Both the position numbers and the translations under genes were made by a program. Shown piece after piece: positions 9,859 through 18,103 of a DNA stretch of 55,516 nt. The notes beneath the pieces are model-generated. The model saw nothing but the letters and a program-made list of their open reading frames with translations. It ran no database searches and had not been told where the DNA came from. This stretch comes from a virus (taxonomy: Duplodnaviria > Caudoviricetes): IMG/VR virus record IMGVR_UViG_3300035703_000121, positions 1 to 55,516 of that record; one strand, 5' to 3'. The first letter of the stretch is position 1. Each line of letters begins with the position of its first letter.

Positions 9859-10176
9859 TTAATTTGGTTTAACGTTTATAAAATATTCTTTGTACTTCCC
9901 TTCTTTGGTTTCTTTTTGTACCGGCACACCGTAGATATCTATCAAATCTTTCACACGTCGTCGTAAATCGCCGATTCCGTATTCGACTAAGGCTTTTGTA
10001 GTGGTAAGCCTTTCGCCTCGTAAAAACGCCTCATAAACGATTTTACACTGTTTGGTAAAATGCTCGATGTTTCCATCAAATATTCTTTGGCTTTCAATGT
10101 TGTTTTCATTGTGAACCAATGGCGCTGAAAGGTCAATGGGCGCGTTAAAATCGATTTGTAGTTGTGGTGTGCTCAT
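9859..10176 (-). CDS. Winged-HTH protein
   Basis: LTTTKALVEYGIGDLRRRVKDL pattern. Confidence 0.6.
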   Translation of the reverse strand: MSTPQLQIDFNAPIDLSAPLVHNENNIESQRIFDGNIEHFTKQCKIVYEAFLRGERLTTTKALVEYGIGDLRRRVKDLIDIYGVPVQKETKEGKYKEYFINVKPN

Positions 10177-10613
10177 AAATACTGTTCGTTATTTTTCAAT
10201 TGCACTTCTATTTCTTGGAGCGCAGCCAAGTCTGTTGGTTCCGGAAGATAAATCCCGGCTTGTTTTGATGCGTAATCTCTAAACTTGTCAATTACATAAG
10301 TGGTTTGGTCTTTATCGATATTGGCGAAGCTTTTATAAGCATCCCTTACCTCTCCGGTTTTCTCATTTGCTCTTTCATATCTAAACACTTCCGGACAAAT
10401 GATTTTCTTAATCATTTCTTGCTTTACATACTCGAAGTCCTCTCCGTATTCCCAAGCAAACCACCCAACAATCAAGTGGAAATAGCTATTTTGATTGACA
10501 GACTTTTTTTGGGATATTCTTTTCAATTCAAACGGCTGACCTTTTGCGATGAAGTGTTTGATCTTTTCAATAGCTCGCTGGATGTCGATTGGCTTTTGTG
10601 GGTTGTAAACCAT
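10173..10613 (-). CDS. NinB/DUF1367-like recombination accessory protein
   Basis: SVNQNSYFH...GIYLPEP motifs. Confidence 0.6.
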   Translation of the reverse strand: MVYNPQKPIDIQRAIEKIKHFIAKGQPFELKRISQKKSVNQNSYFHLIVGWFAWEYGEDFEYVKQEMIKKIICPEVFRYERANEKTGEVRDAYKSFANIDKDQTTYVIDKFRDYASKQAGIYLPEPTDLAALQEIEVQLKNNEQYL

Positions 10614-10616
10614 TGG

Positions 10617-10805
10617 TTAAAAATTTGTTTCAGGAAACTTTTCTTGTAGCAACCACAAAGGCGCTTTTAATTCTTCTTTGGTGGCATCAAATTCAACTAA
10701 GCTTTTAGGAAAGTAAACTTTGTCGCCCTCGCAGTCTAAATACCAACTCTTTTCAGTCTGACTAATTAGTGTGGCTTCGATGGTGTAGATGTCGTTACGG
10801 TTCAT
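10617..10805 (-). CDS. Small hypothetical protein
   Basis: TEKSW...FPKS...PLWL, common phage family. Confidence 0.55.
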   Translation of the reverse strand: MNRNDIYTIEATLISQTEKSWYLDCEGDKVYFPKSLVEFDATKEELKAPLWLLQEKFPETNF

Positions 10806-11121
10806 AGTCCGGATAAACTTGTTTTATTGCATCAACAGCTATCTGTTTGGCGCATTCTAAATTTTCTTTAGCGTTTTTTACTCCTACTATTTCGCCTGTA
10901 GCTATACTTTGCAAGGCATTCAATAACTTTGGGGCTGCAGCTATGATATTTGCTGCTTTTTCATTTGCTACACTTTCACAAACTAAATAACCACCATAAT
11001 ATTCAATATCAGAATCTTGACTTTCCTTTGGATTTAAAGGGCTTGGGAAATTTGTGTTTATCTGTTTAGTGTCGGAAACAACTGTTGATTTATAATTTCC
11101 GACTTTCCAATTTTCTTTCAT
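10795..11121 (-). CDS. Hypothetical phage protein
   Basis: ANIIAAAPKLL motif. Confidence 0.55.
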   Translation of the reverse strand: MKENWKVGNYKSTVVSDTKQINTNFPSPLNPKESQDSDIEYYGGYLVCESVANEKAANIIAAAPKLLNALQSIATGEIVGVKNAKENLECAKQIAVDAIKQVYPDYEP

Positions 11122-11123
11122 AC

Positions 11124-11861
11124 TTAAAAAGGTGTTTTATTAAAATCGATTTCCATTCCGTTAACCGCAGCGCAAACATTTTTACCGGTGAGTTCGTAAA
11201 CTTCATCAACAAATTGCTTTTCGTTTGAATTGGTGTCCGATAAGTGAATCAGTACGATGTTGTTAACTGCTGACAAGTCATTTGCTGACAACATTTCCTT
11301 GCAGTTTTCGAGTGAAAAGTGACTTCTTAAAATTCGGTTTCTCAAAAACTCTTTGTCGCTGTCCGGTCCGTATTTCTTATCAATGATTGCCTTTGAATAG
11401 TTGGCCTCGATAAGAATGTTGTTTAGTCCGGGAAAAGTGTACTTGCAGTAGTAAGTGTCGGTAAGAAACAAAACCTTACCACAGTCGCGGTGCTCAATCA
11501 AAAACCCCATACAAGGCACATCATGCTTAACGCTGAAAGGCATCACTTTGAACCCACCTAAATGGTGAACGGCTTTCTCTCGCAATTGGATAGCGTTATG
11601 ATTTACAAAAGTGCTTGTGGCGACTAATGTTTCGGCTGATGCGTAGGTTGTAATTCCTAATGCCATTACGTCTTTGATTGACTTTGCGTGGTCACCGTGG
11701 GAATGCGAAACAATACAACCAACTACTTTTGAGTAATCAAAGTTCAAGGCTTTCTTGATTTCTTTGATGTTTACTCCGGCTTCGATTAGGAGAGCTTCAT
11801 CCCCATTGCTGAGGATGTAAGCATTTCCAATACTGCCCGTACTAATTACTTTCAGTCTCAC
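11124..11861 (-). CDS. Metallo-beta-lactamase-fold hydrolase (probable exonuclease)
   Basis: SHSHGDH, HDV, TDT, IEANY, HLS. Confidence 0.85.
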   Translation of the reverse strand: MRLKVISTGSIGNAYILSNGDEALLIEAGVNIKEIKKALNFDYSKVVGCIVSHSHGDHAKSIKDVMALGITTYASAETLVATSTFVNHNAIQLREKAVHHLGGFKVMPFSVKHDVPCMGFLIEHRDCGKVLFLTDTYYCKYTFPGLNNILIEANYSKAIIDKKYGPDSDKEFLRNRILRSHFSLENCKEMLSANDLSAVNNIVLIHLSDTNSNEKQFVDEVYELTGKNVCAAVNGMEIDFNKTPF

Positions 11862-11863
11862 GT

Positions 11864-12763
11864 TTAGAAATTAGGTTGTGCGGGCGTTTCTTCTGATTGT
11901 TTTTCGGCAGCAGCGGCCGTCGCTTCACTTGTGGTATTTGATGGTGAATTTTTTACTTCTTCAAAGTCGATTTCTTCTGATGCTTTTTCAAAGTATAAAG
12001 TTTCTTTGTTGGCTTCGGTTTTGATTTCGTGCGCTACGTTTTCGGCTGTAACGTCGATTACTTTATCCTCTTCCAATGGATCATACAATACAGAATCGTC
12101 GGAACTACTGATAAGTAATTTACAAGCTCTGTTGATTACGGTTTTGATTGCCATTTGGTCAGCAAAGTTTTTGTGTGCTGGAGAATTACCTTTGCTCCCG
12201 CCTTGTCCCCAAGCCATTCTGATTTGGTTAATGTTCATTACCTCAACATCAACATCGCCATTGTTTAACTCATAAACTGCGTAAGCACCAACTATCTCAT
12301 TGGTTCCGATACTTTCTAGGGTTTGAGTGTGTTTCAAAACCTTTCTTCTTCCGGTTGTAGAGTCAACCTCAAACTCAAATACATCGCCTTTGAAAATTGC
12401 ATTCCCTTTGATGGATTTTAAGTTTCCGTATCTCTTAGCGGTTACGATATTTCCGGCATAAGAAATTGAGCACTCCAATTTGTTTCCATAAGGAATGAAG
12501 TAACATTGTTTTTTTATTGGAGAAACTCCATAAACAACCATCTTTAAAAGCGCTTCGGCAACTGAGCCTTTATCACATTTTTCAAGGATGTTGTTTTTAG
12601 GATCAGACAAAATGATGTAAGCCGATTTCAATGCATTTTCTGCGTTGTAATCTTTTGGCAGAGTCAACTCTCCCGATTTTTGGAAAGCATCGATTTTAGC
12701 CAATACTTGTGTTGAAATGTCTTTTTTGATTTCCGCTACAGCGGTGGTGTTTTGTGCACTCAT
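11864..12763 (-). CDS. recT: RecT-family single-strand annealing protein
   Basis: QCYFIPYG, GAYA, MAIKTVINRA. Confidence 0.85.
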   Translation of the reverse strand: MSAQNTTAVAEIKKDISTQVLAKIDAFQKSGELTLPKDYNAENALKSAYIILSDPKNNILEKCDKGSVAEALLKMVVYGVSPIKKQCYFIPYGNKLECSISYAGNIVTAKRYGNLKSIKGNAIFKGDVFEFEVDSTTGRRKVLKHTQTLESIGTNEIVGAYAVYELNNGDVDVEVMNINQIRMAWGQGGSKGNSPAHKNFADQMAIKTVINRACKLLISSSDDSVLYDPLEEDKVIDVTAENVAHEIKTEANKETLYFEKASEEIDFEEVKNSPSNTTSEATAAAAEKQSEETPAQPNF

Positions 12764-12767
12764 TTTT

Positions 12768-12986
12768 TCAAATATTAATTGTTAACTGATTTTCTTGTTT
12801 TGGTAATTCTGCGGCTTTACTGCATTTTATTTCAAGGATTTCAAAACCGTATTTTTCCATTTCTTTGGCTGTATTCTGATTGTGTTGGCAGTTGGCCGTA
12901 CAATCAAATGAGCCTATTTTAACTCCGATGTTTACCGGGCATTTCTGCGTGAGCATTCCATCGGAGTCTCTGATTACTTTGTACAT
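12768..12986 (-). CDS. Small Cys-containing protein
   Basis: ORF with coupled spacing. Confidence 0.5.
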   Translation of the reverse strand: MYKVIRDSDGMLTQKCPVNIGVKIGSFDCTANCQHNQNTAKEMEKYGFEILEIKCSKAAELPKQENQLTINI

Positions 12987-15016
12987 TACGCTGCTAATTC
13001 TTTGGTTTTAACCTCCAATTGCTTGTGCATTTCAGATACTACCAATCGAACCAACTGACTGTCGGTATCAATTAGCGTATGAACGCTCTCGGCATTGTCG
13101 ATGAATATCGGAGCTGATACTCCGTAGAATTCGCAAAGCGTGTTGATGATATCCAATCCGGCATTTATTCTCGAAGCGGTGTTTAAATCGGAGAAAGGCA
13201 CTCCGTTAACCATGGCCACGCAAGTTTCACGAAGTCCGCCGTTGATTTGTTCTTCAAACATTTTGAAGTTTACCATTTTGAACTTATCGTTGATAGCAGA
13301 CTCCAATCGGTCTATTTTGTCTTTGATGAAGTTCTCAATTGTGAATTGGATTTTCTCTACATCAACGATTTGTTGGCCAAGTGTTCTTTCCTCGTCTTTC
13401 AATTGTTCGATACGCTTGTCGGCAGCTTCAATTTGCGCTTTGGTTTGTAGTTTAGCTTTGATTGAATCAATCTCGATAACCAAGCCTTTTTTCTTCTCTA
13501 CAAGCTCCGTATTGTCAACGGTAGGTATTTCTACCAATTGACCTCTTAAAGTGGCTAATTCCTCTTTTTTGGCGGTGTAGGTAGCATGTAATGAAAGAAT
13601 GCTTTGGTAAACAGTTTCTTCTGATGGCAATTCTGTACCTGAAACACCGTTTAGGCTTTCTATTTCGGCTTTTATTTTCTCGATTTTACCTTCTGTAGTT
13701 TGAATGTAACCTTTGCCGTTTTCAATTCTTGTAGCTAATGTTGAAACCTCTGCTTCAATGTTGGTTTTTTGAGCCGATAAGTTTTGACCTTCCGATGTGA
13801 TTTCATTAAGCCTTTTGATTTTGTTGGCTTTGAAAGTGGCAAGCATTTCCGATTTTTTGCTCTCAACGTCTCCCGATTCAAACTCTCTTTTGCAGGTTGG
13901 GCAATGGAAATCGTTATCGTTAAATGTCAATTCTTTGGCATTTTCAGCATTCCATTCATTACGCTTTGCTACTATCTTTTCCTCGATACCTTTGATTTCA
14001 TATTCTAAACCTGATTTCTTTTGCTCCAGCGTTAGAACAGTGTTTTTATATGAATTCAATTCGCCTTGCTCTTCCGATAAAGTTCTTGTTAACTTATCCA
14101 AAGCCGAAGTGTCCGGAGTAAGTCTTTGTTTGGCTTCACTACGAGCTGATGATTCAATGTTTTGGATTTCAACTTCAAGATTGTTGATGTTGATTCTCAA
14201 TCCTTTTTGCTCGTCTAATTTAGCCTCGAAAGCTTTGTTGGCATCAGCCAATTGTCCTTCAACTGCTTCAAGTTGTTTTTGGTAGCCTTCAAGCTCGATT
14301 TCTAATACTCGGAAGTCTTGGGCTTCGGGTTTGCTTTTGCTTACCTCATCAATTCTCGTTGGGATTGCTTTTAAATCCTCTTTGGCTTTCTTAACGGATG
14401 CCAAGATTTGAGCTTTGTAATCTTCAAGAGTTTTGCCTTGGGTTAAATTGGTAAGAAGTGATTCATAGGCAGGATTTCCGGCAGCAATATCGGCATCGGA
14501 AACTTCGCCGGTGATTTGAGTAAGAAGTGATCTTCTTAGCTTCCAATCGATGTTGTTAAAGTAAGTTGGAGAAGTAATCATTTTGAAAACTTGCTCGTCA
14601 AGGATAGCGCTTACTTTTTTATTGAACTCGGTTACGTTTACCGGAACATCATTCCAGTATAAATCGGTTACGTTTCCGGAAAATTCAGCTTCCAAAGAAC
14701 CTCTTTTCTTAACCCAGTTCTCTTTTAGGATTCTGCGCATAGTAACGGTGTCACCATCGATTTGATATACAGCCGAAACTTCGTGCTCTATCATCGGGAT
14801 AGCTTTCCCGAAAACATCAAGGGTTTTGATTTCAAAATCTTTTCGGTCAGAACTATCTTTCCCGAATAACAGCCAGTTTACTGCATCGGCTATTGTGGTC
14901 TTTCCGGTACCATTTGCACCATAAATATCTGTTTGGTTGTCAAAGTCGATATGTAGCGATTTGATTCCTTTAAAACTCGAAAGAGTTAAACTCTTAATTG
15001 TGATTACTTTTTTCAT
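12986..15016 (-). CDS. Rad50/SbcC-like AAA ATPase
   Basis: FKGI, GANGTGKTT Walker A, coiled coil with CPTC hook, PIFIDNAE Walker B. Confidence 0.85.
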   Translation of the reverse strand: MKKVITIKSLTLSSFKGIKSLHIDFDNQTDIYGANGTGKTTIADAVNWLLFGKDSSDRKDFEIKTLDVFGKAIPMIEHEVSAVYQIDGDTVTMRRILKENWVKKRGSLEAEFSGNVTDLYWNDVPVNVTEFNKKVSAILDEQVFKMITSPTYFNNIDWKLRRSLLTQITGEVSDADIAAGNPAYESLLTNLTQGKTLEDYKAQILASVKKAKEDLKAIPTRIDEVSKSKPEAQDFRVLEIELEGYQKQLEAVEGQLADANKAFEAKLDEQKGLRININNLEVEIQNIESSARSEAKQRLTPDTSALDKLTRTLSEEQGELNSYKNTVLTLEQKKSGLEYEIKGIEEKIVAKRNEWNAENAKELTFNDNDFHCPTCKREFESGDVESKKSEMLATFKANKIKRLNEITSEGQNLSAQKTNIEAEVSTLATRIENGKGYIQTTEGKIEKIKAEIESLNGVSGTELPSEETVYQSILSLHATYTAKKEELATLRGQLVEIPTVDNTELVEKKKGLVIEIDSIKAKLQTKAQIEAADKRIEQLKDEERTLGQQIVDVEKIQFTIENFIKDKIDRLESAINDKFKMVNFKMFEEQINGGLRETCVAMVNGVPFSDLNTASRINAGLDIINTLCEFYGVSAPIFIDNAESVHTLIDTDSQLVRLVVSEMHKQLEVKTKELAA

Positions 15017-15081
15017 AATTTTGAAATGATTTTTATTTAAACTTATTTTTAGGTTTTCCCACTGTTAGCGCAGTGGGTTTT

Positions 15082-15261
15082 TTATTTTTCTGCTTCGTTC
15101 CAGTGTTCCCATTTTGAACATTCTCGTTCTTCCTCAGCATCGGTTGGTGAACATTGTTTCTCAAGAAGGTGTATCCACCACCACATGAATATCACCGTAA
15201 ACATTCCTATCAAAACCGCTATGCCTATGCACACTACAATTATTTCGATTACTTCTCTCAT
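15082..15261 (-). CDS. 59-aa membrane protein (not in ORF track)
   Basis: Manual translation MREVIEIIVVCIGIAVLIGMFTVIFMWWWIH... Confidence 0.55.
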   Translation of the reverse strand: MREVIEIIVVCIGIAVLIGMFTVIFMWWWIHLLEKQCSPTDAEEERECSKWEHWNEAEK

Positions 15262-15264
15262 GGC

Positions 15265-15411
15265 TTAGCTGATGTAAAGTTGATATCCGTAATACATTGC
15301 TCCGATTAAAGCTGCAATGGCTACCACCATTAGGAACTGAAGAAATCTGTCTCTTAGGAAGATTTTGTAAAAGGTTTCGTCCTCAAAATGATTGTTGTTT
15401 AAATTTCCCAT
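15265..15411 (-). CDS. 48-aa membrane protein (not in ORF track)
   Basis: Manual translation MGNLNNNHFEDETFYKIFLRDRFLQFLMVVAIAALIGAMYYGYQLYIS. Confidence 0.55.
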   Translation of the reverse strand: MGNLNNNHFEDETFYKIFLRDRFLQFLMVVAIAALIGAMYYGYQLYIS

Positions 15412-15413
15412 AA

Positions 15414-15641
15414 TTAAAGCCATTTAAAATCTGTTAATGAATAATCGTTTAGCATTTCATCAAGCTGTGGAACTTGATATTTGTAAGCTAGCTGAAGTAG
15501 CTCAAACGCTCTTTCTTCACACTCTGTTGCGTCAAATTCTTTACGGATAATTGAGCCTAATAAGTGGAGGCTTTTTTGGTCAGCAATTCCAGTATTTTGA
15601 AGTTTTGCTATTAATTCTCCTTTTTTGTGTAATTTTGCCAT
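15414..15641 (-). CDS. Hypothetical early protein
   Basis: ORF in operon. Confidence 0.6.
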   Translation of the reverse strand: MAKLHKKGELIAKLQNTGIADQKSLHLLGSIIRKEFDATECEERAFELLQLAYKYQVPQLDEMLNDYSLTDFKWL

Positions 15642-15723
15642 GTTCTGTTTGATTATGCCTTGCTGGGCTGATTAAATTTTACTAACCGATTGTTGCTGCA
15701 GTCGGTTTTTTTATTTTGTTCTG

Positions 15724-15951
15724 TTAGGCGCTCTTAGTTAGCGTGCCGATTAATTTTAGTTTTGCTTCTTCCGGAAGAACGTTGTCGCCCTTTCGGGTGC
15801 GCCTTGGAGTAGTTCCCAACATCGCCAAGGCGCGTTTTGCTTCACTTTCGATTCGTGTAGCGTTTGCTATTATTTGGTTTCCGCAAGATTTTAAAACCTT
15901 CGCTTCTTCCAATTGTGATTTATGAAATGCTATTTGCTGTTTGCGGTTCAT
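15724..15951 (-). CDS. Hypothetical early protein
   Basis: ORF following the Cro-like gene. Confidence 0.55.
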   Translation of the reverse strand: MNRKQQIAFHKSQLEEAKVLKSCGNQIIANATRIESEAKRALAMLGTTPRRTRKGDNVLPEEAKLKLIGTLTKSA

Positions 15952-15953
15952 AA

Positions 15954-16166
15954 TTATGCGGTTTGCGATTCTGCTTCAAAAATTTCTGCATCAGTCAGTC
16001 CAGTGCTTTTGTAGTAATTCACCGCAGCCATTTTTGTTAGGTTATCTGAATTTCTTTCTGCCAACTGTTGTACATTTCTTTCTGTAACTCCTAAAGCCAA
16101 AGCTGTACTTAATCGGAATTTCTTGTCAGTCAGCAGTTTTTCAATGATTAATGCACTTACTTTCAT
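15954..16166 (-). CDS. Cro-like HTH protein (probable start MKVSAL at 16166)
   Basis: TALALGVTERNVQ HTH; divergent from repressor; TATATTTG promoter at 16199-16206. Confidence 0.65.
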   Translation of the reverse strand: MKVSALIIEKLLTDKKFRLSTALALGVTERNVQQLAERNSDNLTKMAAVNYYKSTGLTDAEIFEAESQTA

Positions 16167-16198
16167 TCTCTTTTTGTATTTTTGTTCGTATATATATG

Positions 16199-16264
16199 CA
16201 AATATACAAACAGTTTGCAAACAAAAAAATATTTTGAGAACTATTTTGGAAACTTTTTGCAAAT
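16199..16264. promoter_or_regulatory. Element A lysis/lysogeny switch: leftward TAnnTTTG promoter and TTTG(C/G)AAA operator repeats
   Basis: CAAATATA at 16199-16206; GTTTGCAAAC palindrome at 16213-16222; TTTGGAAA and TTTGCAAA copies. Confidence 0.55.
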
Positions 16265-16294
16265 AATTTTAAACTGCTTGAAAGTATTGAAGTT

Positions 16295-16969
16295 ATGTAT
16301 AATAAAAATTTAATAGAGCGCGTTTCTATTATGAAATTTGATAACCCAGTTACTCAAATATCAAATGATTTACAGTATTCAAAAGGTACCGTAAGTAGCT
16401 ATTTAAATGGGAAAATTAAGGCAAGTAAAAACTTTATTGAAGATTTTGCAAACTTTTACAAACTCATTAAAGAAGAATTGATTGATTCAAAACCACAAAC
16501 AATTCCTTTAAATACAGAAATCGTCAAATCAAAAAACAGTGATGCTTTAAATAAGAATGCTGGATTGCTCGTTCCTTTTTATGATATTGATTTTTCAGCT
16601 GGTGCTGACATAGCAACCATAGATAATAATCAAGTTCAACCGGACTACTACATGGATGTTCCGGAGTTTTCCGGTTGTACTGCTTTCAGAGCGTACTCGG
16701 ACAGCATGGAGAAATTAATAAAAAGCGGCAGTATATTGTTTGGAACTAAAGTTGATGAGTGGAACATACATCTTGAGTATGGTCAAATTTATGGCATCAT
16801 CTGTAGCGATGGAAGACGTTATTTAAAATACATACGACGACACCATGAAAATTCAAAAGAATATTTTCTTTTGAAAAGCGAAAATGAATCGTATGATGAT
16901 TTTGATATTCCTAAAATTGCCATTAGATCAGTATGGCTGATTCACGGATGGCTCAATAAGAGAACATAA
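16295..16969 (+). CDS. CI-like repressor with S24 peptidase domain
   Basis: N-terminal HTH (SKGTVSSYLNG); VPFYD, SAG, DSME, YLKYI, LKSEN. Confidence 0.85.
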   Translation: MYNKNLIERVSIMKFDNPVTQISNDLQYSKGTVSSYLNGKIKASKNFIEDFANFYKLIKEELIDSKPQTIPLNTEIVKSKNSDALNKNAGLLVPFYDIDFSAGADIATIDNNQVQPDYYMDVPEFSGCTAFRAYSDSMEKLIKSGSILFGTKVDEWNIHLEYGQIYGIICSDGRRYLKYIRRHHENSKEYFLLKSENESYDDFDIPKIAIRSVWLIHGWLNKRT

Positions 16970-16982
16970 AAACAAATATATC

Positions 16983-17537
16983 ATGAAACAACTATTTACA
17001 TTATTGGCTCTGATTTTTATATCAACGGCCATTGCCCAGGAAAATGAGTTCGTATTAGGACCGGAAAAAATGACGGACTATATTGTAATTCCATTTGAAG
17101 GAAAAACACAGCAAGAGCTTTATAAAAAGTCTTTGCAATGGATTGAGTTTGCATACAAAAATCCAAAAGAGGTTCTTAAAGGAAATATTGAAAACGAGTA
17201 TATCAGATTTCAAGGTTCTAAAAAAGGACTAATTGTAATGAATGCATTGGGAAAACATTACTATGATGGAAGATATACAATTGAAATCTCCTTTAAAGAT
17301 GGTAAATGCAAATTTGATATCATAGAAATTGAATACTATACGCCGTATTCTCAATACAACCCCGGTGGATGGAATTTGTTTGGAATGGATAACACTTCGG
17401 CTTATTTTAAAAAAGGTGAGCTAAGAAGCAATTGCAAGTACTTTACTGAAATCCCTCAATACTTTAATAGTTTAAAGGATGAATTTATTGCTTTTATGAA
17501 AAGTGAAAATTTACCAACTAAAAATTCAGAATGGTAA
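16983..17537 (+). CDS. Secreted DUF4468-like protein (lysogenic cargo)
   Basis: Sec signal ending AIA-Q; ELYKK..W, ISFKDGKCKF. Confidence 0.65.
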   Translation: MKQLFTLLALIFISTAIAQENEFVLGPEKMTDYIVIPFEGKTQQELYKKSLQWIEFAYKNPKEVLKGNIENEYIRFQGSKKGLIVMNALGKHYYDGRYTIEISFKDGKCKFDIIEIEYYTPYSQYNPGGWNLFGMDNTSAYFKKGELRSNCKYFTEIPQYFNSLKDEFIAFMKSENLPTKNSEW

Positions 17538-17538
17538 A

Positions 17539-17817
17539 ATGTACAATTCCGACAAAGCCATATTAAGACTTATCGAGCTATTAATTTTCGAGAAGAAAAT
17601 TAGATTTGAATTTGAGTTTGCTAATTCTATTGATATGCTTCCTCAAACCATTTCAAGAATTAAGTCTGGAAAAAATCACTTTACAGCGACACACATAGAA
17701 TTGATCTGCAGACGTTATAATGTGAATGCTAATTGGATATTCGGAATTCAAAAAAATGTTTTTAACGATAAAAACAGTATAGAAATTATTGATTTTTATA
17801 CTTCAAAAACCAAGTAA
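17539..17817 (+). CDS. XRE-family HTH protein (probable start 17539)
   Basis: PQTISRIKSG...NVNANWIFG. Confidence 0.75.
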   Translation: MYNSDKAILRLIELLIFEKKIRFEFEFANSIDMLPQTISRIKSGKNHFTATHIELICRRYNVNANWIFGIQKNVFNDKNSIEIIDFYTSKTK

Positions 17818-17948
17818 ATAAAGGCTTTAATAGTGTTTCATTGCCGACAATGTTAAACGACAATAAAACCTCAAAAAATAGTCAAAATCAGAATAAAAAA
17901 CTGCCGTAAATACAGTAATTACATTGAAATATTTGTTGGGTAATGTTT

Positions 17949-17991
17949 TTCATAACCCTGAGGTCGAGAGTTCAAATCTCTCTCTCGCTAC
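17949..17991 (+). tRNA. 3' half of tRNA-Met(CAT) (att core, not a full gene)
   Basis: TTCATAACCCTGAGGTCGAGAGTTCAAATCTCTCTCTCGCTA; no D-arm or 5' acceptor strand upstream. Confidence 0.85.
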
Positions 17992-18003
17992 AAATAAAAA
18001 AGA

Positions 18004-18036
18004 ACCTCAACCCTTATCCCAACAGGGGTTGAGGAC
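18004..18036 (+). terminator. Hairpin downstream of the tRNA fragment
   Basis: CCTCAACCC..GGGTTGAGG inverted repeat. Confidence 0.55.
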
Positions 18037-18103
18037 TTCTAAAAGTCACTTTCGATTCATGTAGTTACAACAAAACGGCAATGTAAACGTCAATGTAATT
18101 ACC

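Larger units (their letters stand above)
17843..18096 (+). other. attP of element A with arm-type repeats
   Basis: Paired AAACGnCAATGT-like repeats at 17843-17864 and 18073-18096 flank the tRNA-derived core. Confidence 0.7.

Noticed and set aside
735-14765. Many plus-strand ORFs antisense to the early genes (likewise within the structural genes)
   Set aside because: Shadow frames of well-supported minus-strand genes, with no recognisable motifs.
17900-17995. Complete phage-encoded tRNA-Met
   Set aside because: No D-arm or 5' acceptor strand; only the 3' half is present. The same applies to the Arg fragment at 52177-52219.
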